DNA from: Selaginella moellendorffii
Taxonomy: Eukaryota; Plantae; Lycopodiophyta
Direction: 5' to 3'
Assembly: GCF_000143415.4 (NCBI RefSeq)
Contig: NW_003314300.1
Coordinates: forward strand, 228,908-292,907
Length of the DNA stretch: 64,000 nt
In this document: positions 11,410-21,601 of the stretch, piece after piece
How positions within the stretch are numbered: the first letter of the stretch is position 1
Layout of the letters: each line of letters starts with the position of its first letter
Made by a program: the position numbers and the translations under genes
Notes under the pieces: generated by a model
The model's database searches: none
Told to the model about the DNA's origin: nothing
Seen by the model: only the letters and a program-made list of their open reading frames with translations

Positions 11410-11812
11410 AAATATCAATTTGCAAAGTTGAGCAAATGGCATATGTTGGGACCCGAAGGCGCGCCAAAGGTAAGCTAATTAGCATGGGTTGGATAGGTCG
11501 ACCAGGCGTAGGGCACTACGCCCGACTCCCTGCGGGGATGTCGAATCCGTAGACGTATTCTACGGAGGTTGGGTTCGAGTCCCAACCCCCTAGTAAAGCA
11601 AGGCTGGGTTCAAGTCCCGACCCTATACTAGGGCGTGGTGAGGTGAGGAGTATAGGGACACCTATATTCCGTTGTCATGGGCTCTTGGCCGGGGAGGCTA
11701 ACTTAGGCACACCGCTAAGTGGGGGGATGCCCCCGGAGATATGGACAACAAGTCGTAGGATAAAACGAGACGTTCGATGTGGGCATCGAACTTCTTCTAT
11801 GGGTGGTGGAGT

Positions 11813-12925
11813 TGTAAGGAACCGACTCCCCGAGATGTCGTAGGCTAAAGGATCCCCAAAAGCTTGACCGAAGTGACAAAGAGTTCATCGGATGGGACCA
11901 AGTCGAGGATAGAGTCCGGAATCGAGTCCGAGACCGACTCGGGGACCGAGTTCGAGTCCGAGTTCGAGACCGAGTTCGAGACGGAGTCCGAGATCCGAAA
12001 TCGGGTCCAAGACCGAGTCCGAGGTCGAGTCCGAGGTCGGGTCCGAGATCGGGTCTGAGATCGAGTCCGTGATCGAGTCCGAACCCGAATCCGAAGTCGG
12101 ATCCGAAATCGGGTCCGAGATCGAGCCAGAGACTAAGTCCAAATACTAATACGGGTCAAGGGGTGAAAGCCCAAAGCGTGCGTCTCCCAGGGGGGGGGGG
12201 GCTGCAGGGGGTTCTAAAAGTATAGTAGGGATAGTGAGGTCTAGGAACCAGTTTTGAAGGGACTCTCCAGTTGGGCTTCCAAACCGACTTGAGGTTGGGA
12301 CTGGGACCGAGGGGCCTTGGGTGGGAGTGAGCATGGACTTGGCTGGTGCCGGAGGGGCCATCCAAGGAAGTGCTCAAGAGCAGCTCCCACTCCCGAAAGG
12401 GAAACCGATTGCGGTGCTCCCGGCTCATGTGGAGTGGTGCCCCATTTGAGTACCATGCGGCTCATTGGTCCTCGCCCTTCCTAGGGGCTTGGGCCTTCCT
12501 TCGGGATGGAAGTGGGGGGCGAGAGGTACCCATACCGGGCCGCTAGGCCACGGTGTTTCGCCCCGGCGTCCCGAAGCAAGTGTTGCACTCAAGACTTGGG
12601 ATTTAGAGGGTCCCATGATCAAGTCTTGTGGTACCAAGGGATGTTAGGAACCTGGAAGCTTGGTGTGCTTGGCTGCTTGTGCTTGCGGGGAGTGTAGCCG
12701 AACCTTAAGTCCAGTCTAACCCGGGGAGGGGGATTGGGAGTGATTTGGGTATCCATGGAAGGATGGCTAACACTCCGTTGCTCGTGCAGTGAGTAGCTGA
12801 AACCAAGTAGGAGCTGGTACCATAGGCGAGAACCTTGGCGAGGGAACTTAGCAAAAGCCAAGGCAGTGTTGGACGGATAGGCGAGGTAAGCTGGCAAAGT
12901 GGAAAGGAAAAATTTGTGGCTTACA
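11813..12925 (+). repeat. 3' LTR of nested chromovirus (1113 bp)
   Basis: Direct repeat of 5466-6577. Confidence 0.96.
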
Positions 12926-15723
12926 CTCGTCCAATCAAGGTTCCTGTTCGTCGTCGGTCACCCAAGGAGATCAAGATTTTATGTGCAAACGTCAAGGAGA
13001 TGTTGGAGAAGGGTGTTATTCGGAAGTCGCGGAGTCCTTGGGCATGTGAACCTCATCTTGTGACGAAGCCTGATGGGAGTATTCGTTTCTGCATCGACTA
13101 TCGTCCGTTAAATGAAGTGACGATCCCGAACGTGTACCCTCTTCCTCACACTGCTGATCTCTTGGATCGTCTGGGGCGAAGTCATTGGTTCACCAAGCTA
13201 GATCTTGCTTCTGGGTATTGGCAAGTACCGATGGCTGAAGACGATATTCCTAAGACTGCTTTTCGTACACCATTTGGTTTGTACGAGTTTTTGTTGATGC
13301 CGTTTGGTTTGAACAATGCTCCAGCAACTTTTCAGCGAATGATGGACGAGGTTCTTTGCGATATGCCAGAGGTGACGGCTGACTTCATTGATGATGTCTT
13401 GATCCACTCGGAGGGGACGTGGGAGGAGCATGTTCGTGATGTTTGTAAAGTGTTGGATCGGCTACGCGACGTTGGTTTAAAGCTGAAGCGGTCGAAGTGC
13501 GTGTTTGGGTCCAAGGACAACTTATCTTGGGTACCGTATTTCTCGTGAGGGTTTGCAAGTTGATCCTGACAAACTTGTGGCTGTTCTAAAGTTCCCTACT
13601 CCGAAGTGTGTGAATGATGTGCAGCGCTTTTTGGGTAAGGTGCAGTATCTCGGTCGTTTTGTGGATCATCTTTCCGATCGCACTTTACCATTGCGAGCGT
13701 TGCTGAAGTCGTCAACGTCATCTTTCATCTGGTCTCCCGATTGTGAGCGGGCGTTCGTGAATCTCAAAGAGCTATTGACGACTCCTCCGGTTTTGGCATA
13801 TCCTGACTACACTCGACCTTTTATTTTGCGCGTGGATGCTTCTGACATTGGTCTTGGAGGTGTGTTGATGCAAGAGAGCTCGAGTGTGCCTGGTCAGCGC
13901 CATCCCATTGCATACATAAGCCGTACATTACAACCAGCGGAGATGAACTACTCCACGACGGAGAAGGAGTGTTTAGCAGCAGTCTGGGGTTTCGAGAAAC
14001 TTCATACCTATCTACATGGTTCTCGGACGTTACTTGAAGGTGACCATGCTGCTGTTACTTCATTATTGAAGCGGAAGAACCTGGTTGGTCGTACGGCTCG
14101 ATGGGCTTTGAAGCTTCAGATATATGATTTCGATGTTGTTCATCGCCCAGGGAGTTCTATGGCTGATGCTGATGCCCTTTCTCGAGCTCCTCTTCCTTCT
14201 CCACTCACTTCTCATGTTTCTGATGAACCTGTTGTTCCAGCATCTGTGGATTTTCTAGATGAGGATTCTGTGCCGTCGGCGGTTGCTGTCCTTGACGTTC
14301 AGTGTCCACAGGGCGTAGAGCAAGATCTACCTTCTCTGGATGAGGTTCGCGAGGCTCAAAAGATTGAGCTGTGGATTCGAAGGCTTCGAGATGGGTTTGA
14401 GAATCCTGCATCACTTGCTGATGACTTGCCTTTTCGGCATTTACATTCTCAATATCGCCTTGAAGATGGCCTTCTTTATTTTGTGGGGACGGATCCTGAT
14501 GCTCATTTACGGCTGGTGGTGCCTTCGGTGTTTATTCCACGGTTTCTCCATGCCTACCATGATTCTCCTATTCTAGGTGGGCATATGGGACACCGTCGTG
14601 TCATCGAGAAGTTGCGCAGATCTTTCTATTGGCCAGAGATGCGACGTGATATTATCCGGTATGTGCGTAGCTGCGTTTGGTGCCAAGCTCTTAATACTCC
14701 CCCTTGTGCTGCGGAAGGACGGTTGGAGTCAATTGCAGTTTCTCGTCCGTTTGAGTTGGTGGCGTTTGATCTTATGGGACCTTTTCCGCGATCGACTGCT
14801 GGCAATGAGTATGTTATTATTGCTTCTGACTACTTGACTCGTTGGGTGGAAGTTGGTGCTCTTGCTAGTGCCTCTGCAACTGCTGTTGGATACTTCCTCC
14901 TCAATCGAGTGGTGTTCCAGCATTCTTGTCCAGAACGGATTCTTTCGGATAATGGTCCTGCATTTATGGCTGAGGTATTTCATGTTTTGACATCTCGGTT
15001 GGGGATACGCCACACTTTTACGAGTGCTTATCATCCACAATCAGACGGTCTGGTGGAACGGCTCGTTCGGACATTCAAAGGGATGATTGCGAAGTATGTG
15101 AACTTTCAACATTCGGATTGGGATGGTTATTTGCCGTCTCTTCGGTATGCTTATGTCACAGAGGTGCAGAGTTCTGTTGGTGCTTCACCGTATAAACTTC
15201 TATATGGTCATGATCCAATATTACCAACAGAGCTAGGTTTACCTTCGCGATTGCCACGAGCTCCTGATGCTAGGTCATGGGATCAATATTTGACAAGCAT
15301 TCTTCCACTTGTCCGAGCAGAGTCTGCTGAACACTTAGGCCGCGTACAAGTGGGACAACAACGGCGCTACAATTCCCATCATCATCCACCAGCGGAGTAC
15401 AAAGTGGATGATTTGGTGTTAGTCCGTTTTCCCCATCTTACGGTACGTGGTTTATCTAAGGGGCTCCTTGCGCAGTGGAAAGGACCGTATCGGGTGTTGC
15501 GGCAAGTTGGACCACAAGTTTATGAGGTTCGGCATGACGTTCAGCAGGCTGATCCTCCGGAGATTGTGCATGTGCAGCGGTTAAAACGCTTCATACAGAG
15601 GGATCAGGAGCAGTTAATACCGTCTACAGATCCACCGATGCCTCCTCCTGACGTTCCTCCAGATCCCGGCCCATCTACAAGAGAACCCTGACGGCCTTCC
15701 ATTATTCCGAGAGGAGGGGATGA

Positions 15724-15897
15724 TGTGAGGGCCAAGTGTACGGCTACGATGCCGTATACTAATATTAGCGTAGTGGATTTTGGTAGCCGTCGGATTGGTT
15801 TCAATCCGGACCACTCGCTCCTGTATATAAGCTAGGGTTTTTGGGTTAATTGATATGCACATTTCTGTATTCCCTTTCCATATTCCATGCACTCACA
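15724..15897 (+). repeat. 3' LTR of outer gypsy element
   Basis: Direct repeat of 3425-3598. Confidence 0.95.
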
Positions 15898-16836
15898 AAA
15901 CCAACTAATATATAAAATAAACAAGCAAACCAAGTTTTTCTTCAAGCAAAGCACAGTAACATATTAAAATATATACTAAGATTGTATTAATTAATCCATT
16001 CTAAAAGCATCACAATTTATATACTTTCCATACACTTTTTGAGTTTCTAAGTTATAAATGAATACACTCCCTACTAAACTCTCCCAAAAAAATATTTGTA
16101 AAGACAAGTTTGCAGATGTACAAAACATCCATCAGCAGAATTATAAGGATGATCACTACTTCATAAAATCACACCATCCCTTTGTTAATTAACACTAACT
16201 TGCAATCCTTTGTTGCTTAATAAGTCTGTATAGCCCATTTACTGAGTTCCATCTAGAAGATAAGATCCCAGAACTTTATTACGGTTGCTTATGAGGGAAG
16301 ATCCAAAAGTTCCAACAATTATTTATATCATGGTCTTTAGGGAAATGTCATTTGATATTCTTACAATAAGAAAGATATATCACGTTATTACTTAAACAAC
16401 TTAAAAAATAAATTTCATTTTGATTATTTTAACTTTTTTACTTTGAAAAACACATCCACCAAAACAAGCAAATTCTTCTATTGAATTTTTCATTTATCAT
16501 TCTTAAACGTACAAAATTGAATATAGCAAGTATCAAACTTATATAAAGATCAAAACAGATATTGAATTAATATAAAAAAATTCATACTAAATTTCACAGA
16601 CATTTGGATCACTTGCCTTGAGAAGTACAATAAAAAATGCTTCAAAACATATACATCTGACATCACTTTCTATATTGGAATGCTTTGAGCTCTTGCCTTG
16701 AGCGTCTTAAAGTTAAACGGCTGATTTTTCGAGCTGGGGTTTCAGGTAAACCATGTTTGTCAGTCAGTCCGAAAGCCGGTCTAAAATTCCAAAATGTAGC
16801 ATCTTCTTGGACACTGCCCATACATCTCGATAAGCT

Positions 16837-17105
16837 CACGTCTCCGGGCGTGTGCAAGTGCTGGATTCGAATATGGATATCTTTCGGCTGTGGCAGGATT
16901 GAAGGCCCTCCGCCATCTCCATAGCTTCATGGTATGCGTTAATCCAAAGCTTGCTCACGAGGAACGATGAGAATCCTGGAAGAAATACAGCGACAGTTTT
17001 GCAGCTCTTGCGCCTGGCGTTGCTTGTGGAGCGTACAAGCATTCGCCAGGAAATGGTGGAGACCACTCCAAGTTTGGATGGAGAGAGGATCTAGAGGATA
17101 TTCGT
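16837..17105 (-). pseudogene. Degenerate duplicate of the 5' end and upstream region of PPR gene 989-3166
   Basis: Aligns by eye with 3062-3334 (CACGTC.CCGGGCGTGTGCAAGTGCTGGATTCG...AGAGGATATTCGT) with small indels. Confidence 0.8.
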
Positions 17106-17161
17106 CAAATCCCTTTTTGTGCCAATTATAAATATACGGTGTTGTACTGCAAGGAAGAAAA

Positions 17162-19170
17162 ATGGTTTTGCTGTCCCGTCCATGGTGGACGATTTTTGTA
17201 GTCTTCCTGGCACTCTTGTCTCCGGCAAAAAGTCTCGCCAAGCTGAGGACGATTCCAAGCACGGCCGACGGACCCTTCGATCCAGTGACTGTTGCTCTCG
17301 ACGAGCGCCTCCCAATCGGGAGCGATGATCTGCCCAACGATGATCCTCGCCTCGCCAAGATCGTTCCAGGATTCCACCCCGAGCAAATCGCTTTGGCGCA
17401 AGGGACGGACTCCAGCTCCATGTTTGTGTCATGGATCACAGGTATGGAATGGAGCAAAGATTTGCAGGGTTTTGATCGACTAACGTGGTTTCGATGAATC
17501 AGGAGAGTTTCAAGTCGGACAGGACGTGACGCCGCTCAATCCTTCGCTCATCAAGAGCGTCGTTGAGTATGGAATCTTCAAGCTAGACCACTTTGCTGTT
17601 GGCAAAGCTTCGGTCTATAGCCAGCTCTATCCTTACAAGGGACTCAACAATTATACATCAGGAATCATCCATCACGTCAAATTGCAAGGTTCTTTCTCTC
17701 CCTTTCCTTGAAAACAATCAGCTAGTGACTGACCATACTGATCTTGGTTTTCTCACAGGATTAAAGCCCAGCACGACGTACTACTACCGATGTGGAGATC
17801 CTTTCGCCAAAGCCATGAGTCCTGTTTACTCGTTCACAACACTGCCTGCGAAAGGACCATACTTTTACCCCAAGCGCATCGCGATTGTTGGTGATCTGGG
17901 CCTTACGTACAACACAACCTCGACCATTTGTCACCTCCAGAGAAACAAGCCCGACTTGAATGTGTTCGTGGGCGATTTGAGCTACGCCAATCTTTACGTC
18001 ACAAACGGGACAGGATCTTCGTGCTACAAGTGCGCGTTCCCGGAGACGCCGATTCACGAGACGTATCAACCTCGGTGGGACTACTGGGGAAGGCAAGTGT
18101 TTCCTTCACAATCGCGCCGAAGCTCTTCGTCTTACAACTTTGGAACTTTTCTTGCAGATATCTCCAAAGTCTGAGATCCAAAGTTCCAACCATGGTGATC
18201 GAGGGCAATCACGAATACGAGCTCCAAGCCCAAAACAACACCTTTGTCGCCTACAACGCACGCTTTGCGGTTCCATACCGCGAAAGCGGCTCGCCTACAA
18301 AGATGTACTACTCGTTCAACGCCGGAGGAGCGCATTTTATCATGCTGGGAGGCTACATCGACTACAGCAATTCAAGTAACTGACTTATCATTGACTAGAG
18401 ACGACTTTCGGCTGACCTTTTGCTCCAGGTCAACAGTATGCGTGGCTCGAGAAGGACCTCATGAGCGTTGACCGGGAGGAAACGCCATGGCTTATTGTAG
18501 CGTTCCATCAACCTTGGTACAACAGTTACAAATCCCACTACCGGGAAGCCGAGTGTATGAGGCAGTCAATGGAGGATCTCTTGTACAAATTTGGAGTTGA
18601 CATTGTGTTCTCTGGGCATGTAAGTAGTCAAGCCTGTCTTTTCTTTCTTTGACCAACACGTTTGACTAACAGGTTCACGCCTACGAGCGCATGAATCTCG
18701 TCTACAACTACGAGTATGACCGGTGCGCGCCGCTGTTCATCACGGTCGGCGATGGCGGCAACAGGGAAGGCATGGCGATCAAGCACGCCGACGATCCGGG
18801 GGCTTGTCCCAAGCCCGAGTCAACGCCGGATCCCGTTGGAGTCCCGTATGAGTACTGTGGATTCAACTTCACATCTGGTCCGGCAGCTGGAAAGTTTTGC
18901 TGGGACAGACAACCAGATTGGAGTGCGTTCCGGGACAGCAGCTTCGGCCATGGAATCCTCGAGGTAAGACTCTGCCTATCTTGCTTGATCATCGGCTAAT
19001 GACCTGTTTTTCATGCATTGTAGATCGAGAGCCCAACTCGAGCACTCTGGACTTGGCATAGGAATCAAGACACTTACCTCAGCGAGAACCACGTTGGAGA
19101 TCAGATATACATTGTGAGGCGGCCGGAAGTCTGTCCGAATCGCAAAAGCCATGATATCCTTGCTGTGTAG
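17162..19170 (+). CDS. Purple acid phosphatase (PAP15/PAP23-like, phytase-type); exons 17162-17441, 17503-17688, 17759-18092, 18158-18375, 18429-18619, 18673-18963, 19024-19170
   Basis: Signal peptide, IPSTADGPFDPVTV N-terminal block, all five metal-ligand motifs (GDLG, GDLSY, GNHE, VAFH, GHVH), and C-terminal ALWTWHRNQD...GDQIYIVR. Confidence 0.93.
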
Positions 19171-21529
19171 CCTCGAATTCCAAACAAAGAAACGAGGCGC
19201 CCGGCCGCTTTGCCAGGCCTTTTCTTCTCATGGCTTTTCGTATCGCAACCTCGTCTTCTTTCCTGCGAAGCTCGGCGTAGATGCAAGCCAGTGCGATGTA
19301 GGACGCGGCGTTCTCTGGATCCAACTTGAACACGAGCTTTGCCGCTCGATCCGCCCGAGTAACATCCTGGTGAAGCTTGCAAGCTCCCAAGAGCGTGCAC
19401 CAAGTTACCGCGTCCGGGAGATATGGCATCGTCTCGATGAGCTCCTCGGCCCTGGCTAGCTGCCCGGCACGGCCGAGAATGTCCACCATGCAGCAGTAGT
19501 GTTCCTTGGATGGAGTAAGATCAAAGTCGCGGATCATGGACGTGAAGAAGCTCAAGCCTTGATCCAAGAGCCCGACATGGCTGCAAGCCGAGAGGATGCT
19601 TATGAAGATGGTGTTGTCCGGGCGGAGTCCTTCGACCAACATCCTCGTACAAAGCTCGATCCCAACGCGGCCCTGTCCGTTTGAGGCATAAGCAGCAACA
19701 ATCGCGTTCCAAGTCATGATGTTGCGATTGGGAATGCTCTCAAACATCGCTCGAGCTTCGTCCACCAGTCCATTGTGGCCAAAGATTTGCATCACAAGGT
19801 TCCACGACACGATGCTCCACTTGGGCATCTTGGAGAACGTCCACTTGGTGAGCTCCACGAGACTATCCAGCGCATACGCAGCAAGCAAAGCGTTCCAGGA
19901 GATGATGCTCCGGGAAGTCATAGTTTCAAAAATCTCCACACACTTCTCGACCTCGAGCTGGTTCGCATGAGCTCCAAGCATGCAATCGAACGAGACCAAA
20001 TCCCAACAAGGCATCTTGCTAAAAACCAACTTTGCCTCATCCAAATGACCACACAAGGCATTTGCTCCAATCAAAGCAGTCCAAGACACCACATTTCTCT
20101 CTCTCATCTCAATGAACACCCTCCAAGCCTTCGCGTCATAGCCATTTATTCCGTACGCTTTGATCATCGCCGTGGACGTGACAACGCTCTCGTTTTGTAC
20201 GGAAGTAAACACTCTGCGTGCTTGCTCAATATACCCGTTCTCGGCATTTGCACAAATCAGGACCGTCCAAGTGATGGTATTCCACGCTGGCATGATCGCA
20301 AAGAGGAATCTTCCCTCGCTCAGATACCCTCGATCGGAATATGCCTGGGCTATGGAGTTCCACGAGACAATGTCCCGCGTGGGCATCATATCAAACACGC
20401 GCTTAGCCTCCTGCAAGCTCTCGCCACAATCCACGAATGCCCGGATCATCGCGTTCCACGACACGATCGATCGATCGGGCATGGAATCGAATTCGCGAAT
20501 CGCTTCTTCCAGGTGCCCGTGCTCCGCGTAGGCCGAGATCATGAGCGTGGACGACACCGCATTGCAGCTCGGCATGCGCGCGTGGATCGATTCCGCCTCG
20601 CCCAGATCCTCGCGATGCGTTTTGAGCAGGATCGTCCAGCTGATCTCATCGCGCTGGGCGATCTCTGCGAATGCCGCGTCTACTGCGGTGACATCTCCGC
20701 GCTGCCAGAGAGATTCGAGGTAAGCGTTCCAGCTCGCGGCGCTCTGCTCGGGCGTGGAATCCATGATCTTCTTCGCGAGGGAGAGATCTCCATTACGGTC
20801 AAAGGCGACCGCCATCGCAGAGGAGGAGACTAGATCGTGCTGCGGCATGAGATGGAAGCAGGATCTGGCATCGTCCAATGAGCGATCGATGGAAGCCATA
20901 GCAGCCACCATGGTCGCCCAAGACACATCGTTGCGCGCCGGCATGGAATCGAAGGCCTCCTTTGCGGAACCTAGATGCCCTCTCTTGGCAAATGCTGCGA
21001 TTAAAGAGTTCCACGAGGAGAAATTCCACTGTGGCATTTTCTGGAACATTGCTAATGCTTCGTCCAAGCTTCCATGCTCTGCTATGGCGTGTATCATGGC
21101 GTTCCAGGCCACGAGATCTCTGGTAGGCATTTCATGGAAGAGATCCAAGGCGTTTCCAAGATACCCTTGCTGGGCATTTGTCACAAGCAATGCGGTCCAG
21201 GACACGGCATCCCTTACGGGCATTTGATCGAAGAGGGCTTTCGCCTCTCTTGTGTTTCCGGCGAGGAGATAGGCCTGCGCGAGGATGTTCCAAGAGTAGA
21301 CATTAGGCTCGCGGATCTCGTCAAAGACGGCGTGGGCGTCGGCAAGGCTGCCATGGCGGCCATACATCTGGATGAGATTGTTGGCGAGGAAGAGGTTGGT
21401 TGCGTGATCGCTGCGCCGGATCTCGCCGTGAATCCATCGGCCATGGCAGAGATCCTCGCAGGATTTCAGGAGCTGGGCAAAGTGCCCGGTTTCTCGGAAT
21501 CCCCGGAGTGATTGGGCGTGGGCGACCAT
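19079..21529 (-). CDS. PLS-class PPR protein with E/E+ region, no DYW
   Basis: 816-aa intronless ORF; SS-like repeats then HYCCMVDILGRAG...W.TLLGAC..H...MRRKGLAKRPGAS. Confidence 0.92.
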   Translation of the reverse strand: MVAHAQSLRGFRETGHFAQLLKSCEDLCHGRWIHGEIRRSDHATNLFLANNLIQMYGRHGSLADAHAVFDEIREPNVYSWNILAQAYLLAGNTREAKALFDQMPVRDAVSWTALLVTNAQQGYLGNALDLFHEMPTRDLVAWNAMIHAIAEHGSLDEALAMFQKMPQWNFSSWNSLIAAFAKRGHLGSAKEAFDSMPARNDVSWATMVAAMASIDRSLDDARSCFHLMPQHDLVSSSAMAVAFDRNGDLSLAKKIMDSTPEQSAASWNAYLESLWQRGDVTAVDAAFAEIAQRDEISWTILLKTHREDLGEAESIHARMPSCNAVSSTLMISAYAEHGHLEEAIREFDSMPDRSIVSWNAMIRAFVDCGESLQEAKRVFDMMPTRDIVSWNSIAQAYSDRGYLSEGRFLFAIMPAWNTITWTVLICANAENGYIEQARRVFTSVQNESVVTSTAMIKAYGINGYDAKAWRVFIEMRERNVVSWTALIGANALCGHLDEAKLVFSKMPCWDLVSFDCMLGAHANQLEVEKCVEIFETMTSRSIISWNALLAAYALDSLVELTKWTFSKMPKWSIVSWNLVMQIFGHNGLVDEARAMFESIPNRNIMTWNAIVAAYASNGQGRVGIELCTRMLVEGLRPDNTIFISILSACSHVGLLDQGLSFFTSMIRDFDLTPSKEHYCCMVDILGRAGQLARAEELIETMPYLPDAVTWCTLLGACKLHQDVTRADRAAKLVFKLDPENAASYIALACIYAELRRKEDEVAIRKAMRRKGLAKRPGASFLCLEFEATQQGYHGFCDSDRLPAASQCISDLQRGSR

Positions 21530-21601
21530 TCAACCGCCAGTAGTCCATCCTGGAGATCAATCCATCGCCCTAGTTCATAGTCTTTCAAGCTGGATCATCA
21601 A

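Larger units (their letters stand above)
5466..12925 (+). mobile_element. Chromovirus (chromodomain-bearing Ty3/gypsy) LTR retrotransposon, full length, nested
   Basis: LTRs 5466-6577 and 11813-12925 (TGTAAG...CTTACA). 5-bp TSD CTCGT at 5461-5465 and 12926-12930. PBS TGGTATCGGAGCC at 6581-6593 (tRNA-iMet type, one mismatch). Purine-rich tract at about 11799-11812. Confidence 0.97.
4740..15691 (+). pseudogene. pol: pol of outer gypsy element (PR 4740-5465; RT-RH-INT 12931-15691), disabled
   Basis: Removing the nested element rejoins TGDAR|PIKVP in frame. The protease motif reads VLVNTGS (catalytic D to N) and there is a frameshift near 13510. RT FIDD, RH DAS..GLGGVL, INT HHCC and D..D..E, and GPY motifs are present. 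Confidence 0.9.
3425..15897 (+). mobile_element. Ty3/gypsy LTR retrotransposon (outer, no chromodomain), interrupted by a nested element
   Basis: 174-bp LTRs at 3425-3598 and 15724-15897 (TGTGAG...CTCACA), identical by eye. 4-bp TSD AAAC at 3421-3424 and 15898-15901. Polypurine tract GAGAGGAGGGGA before the 3' LTR. Domain order gag-PR-RT-RH-INT. Confidence 0.95.

Noticed and set aside
11375-11475. Possible third intron after the chromodomain (AT-rich, GC donor) and a consensus donor AAG|GTAAG at about 11470
   Set aside because: No conserved downstream coding motif anchors it and the acceptor is ambiguous.
11540-11633. Bona fide tRNA gene
   Set aside because: T-loop hairpins are present but I cannot build an acceptor stem, D-arm or A-box; reported as a structured element instead.
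19775-20833. 352-aa + strand ORF and similar long antisense ORFs over PPR, pol and HD-ZIP genes
   Set aside because: Shadow ORFs of GC-rich coding sequence with no recognisable motifs.
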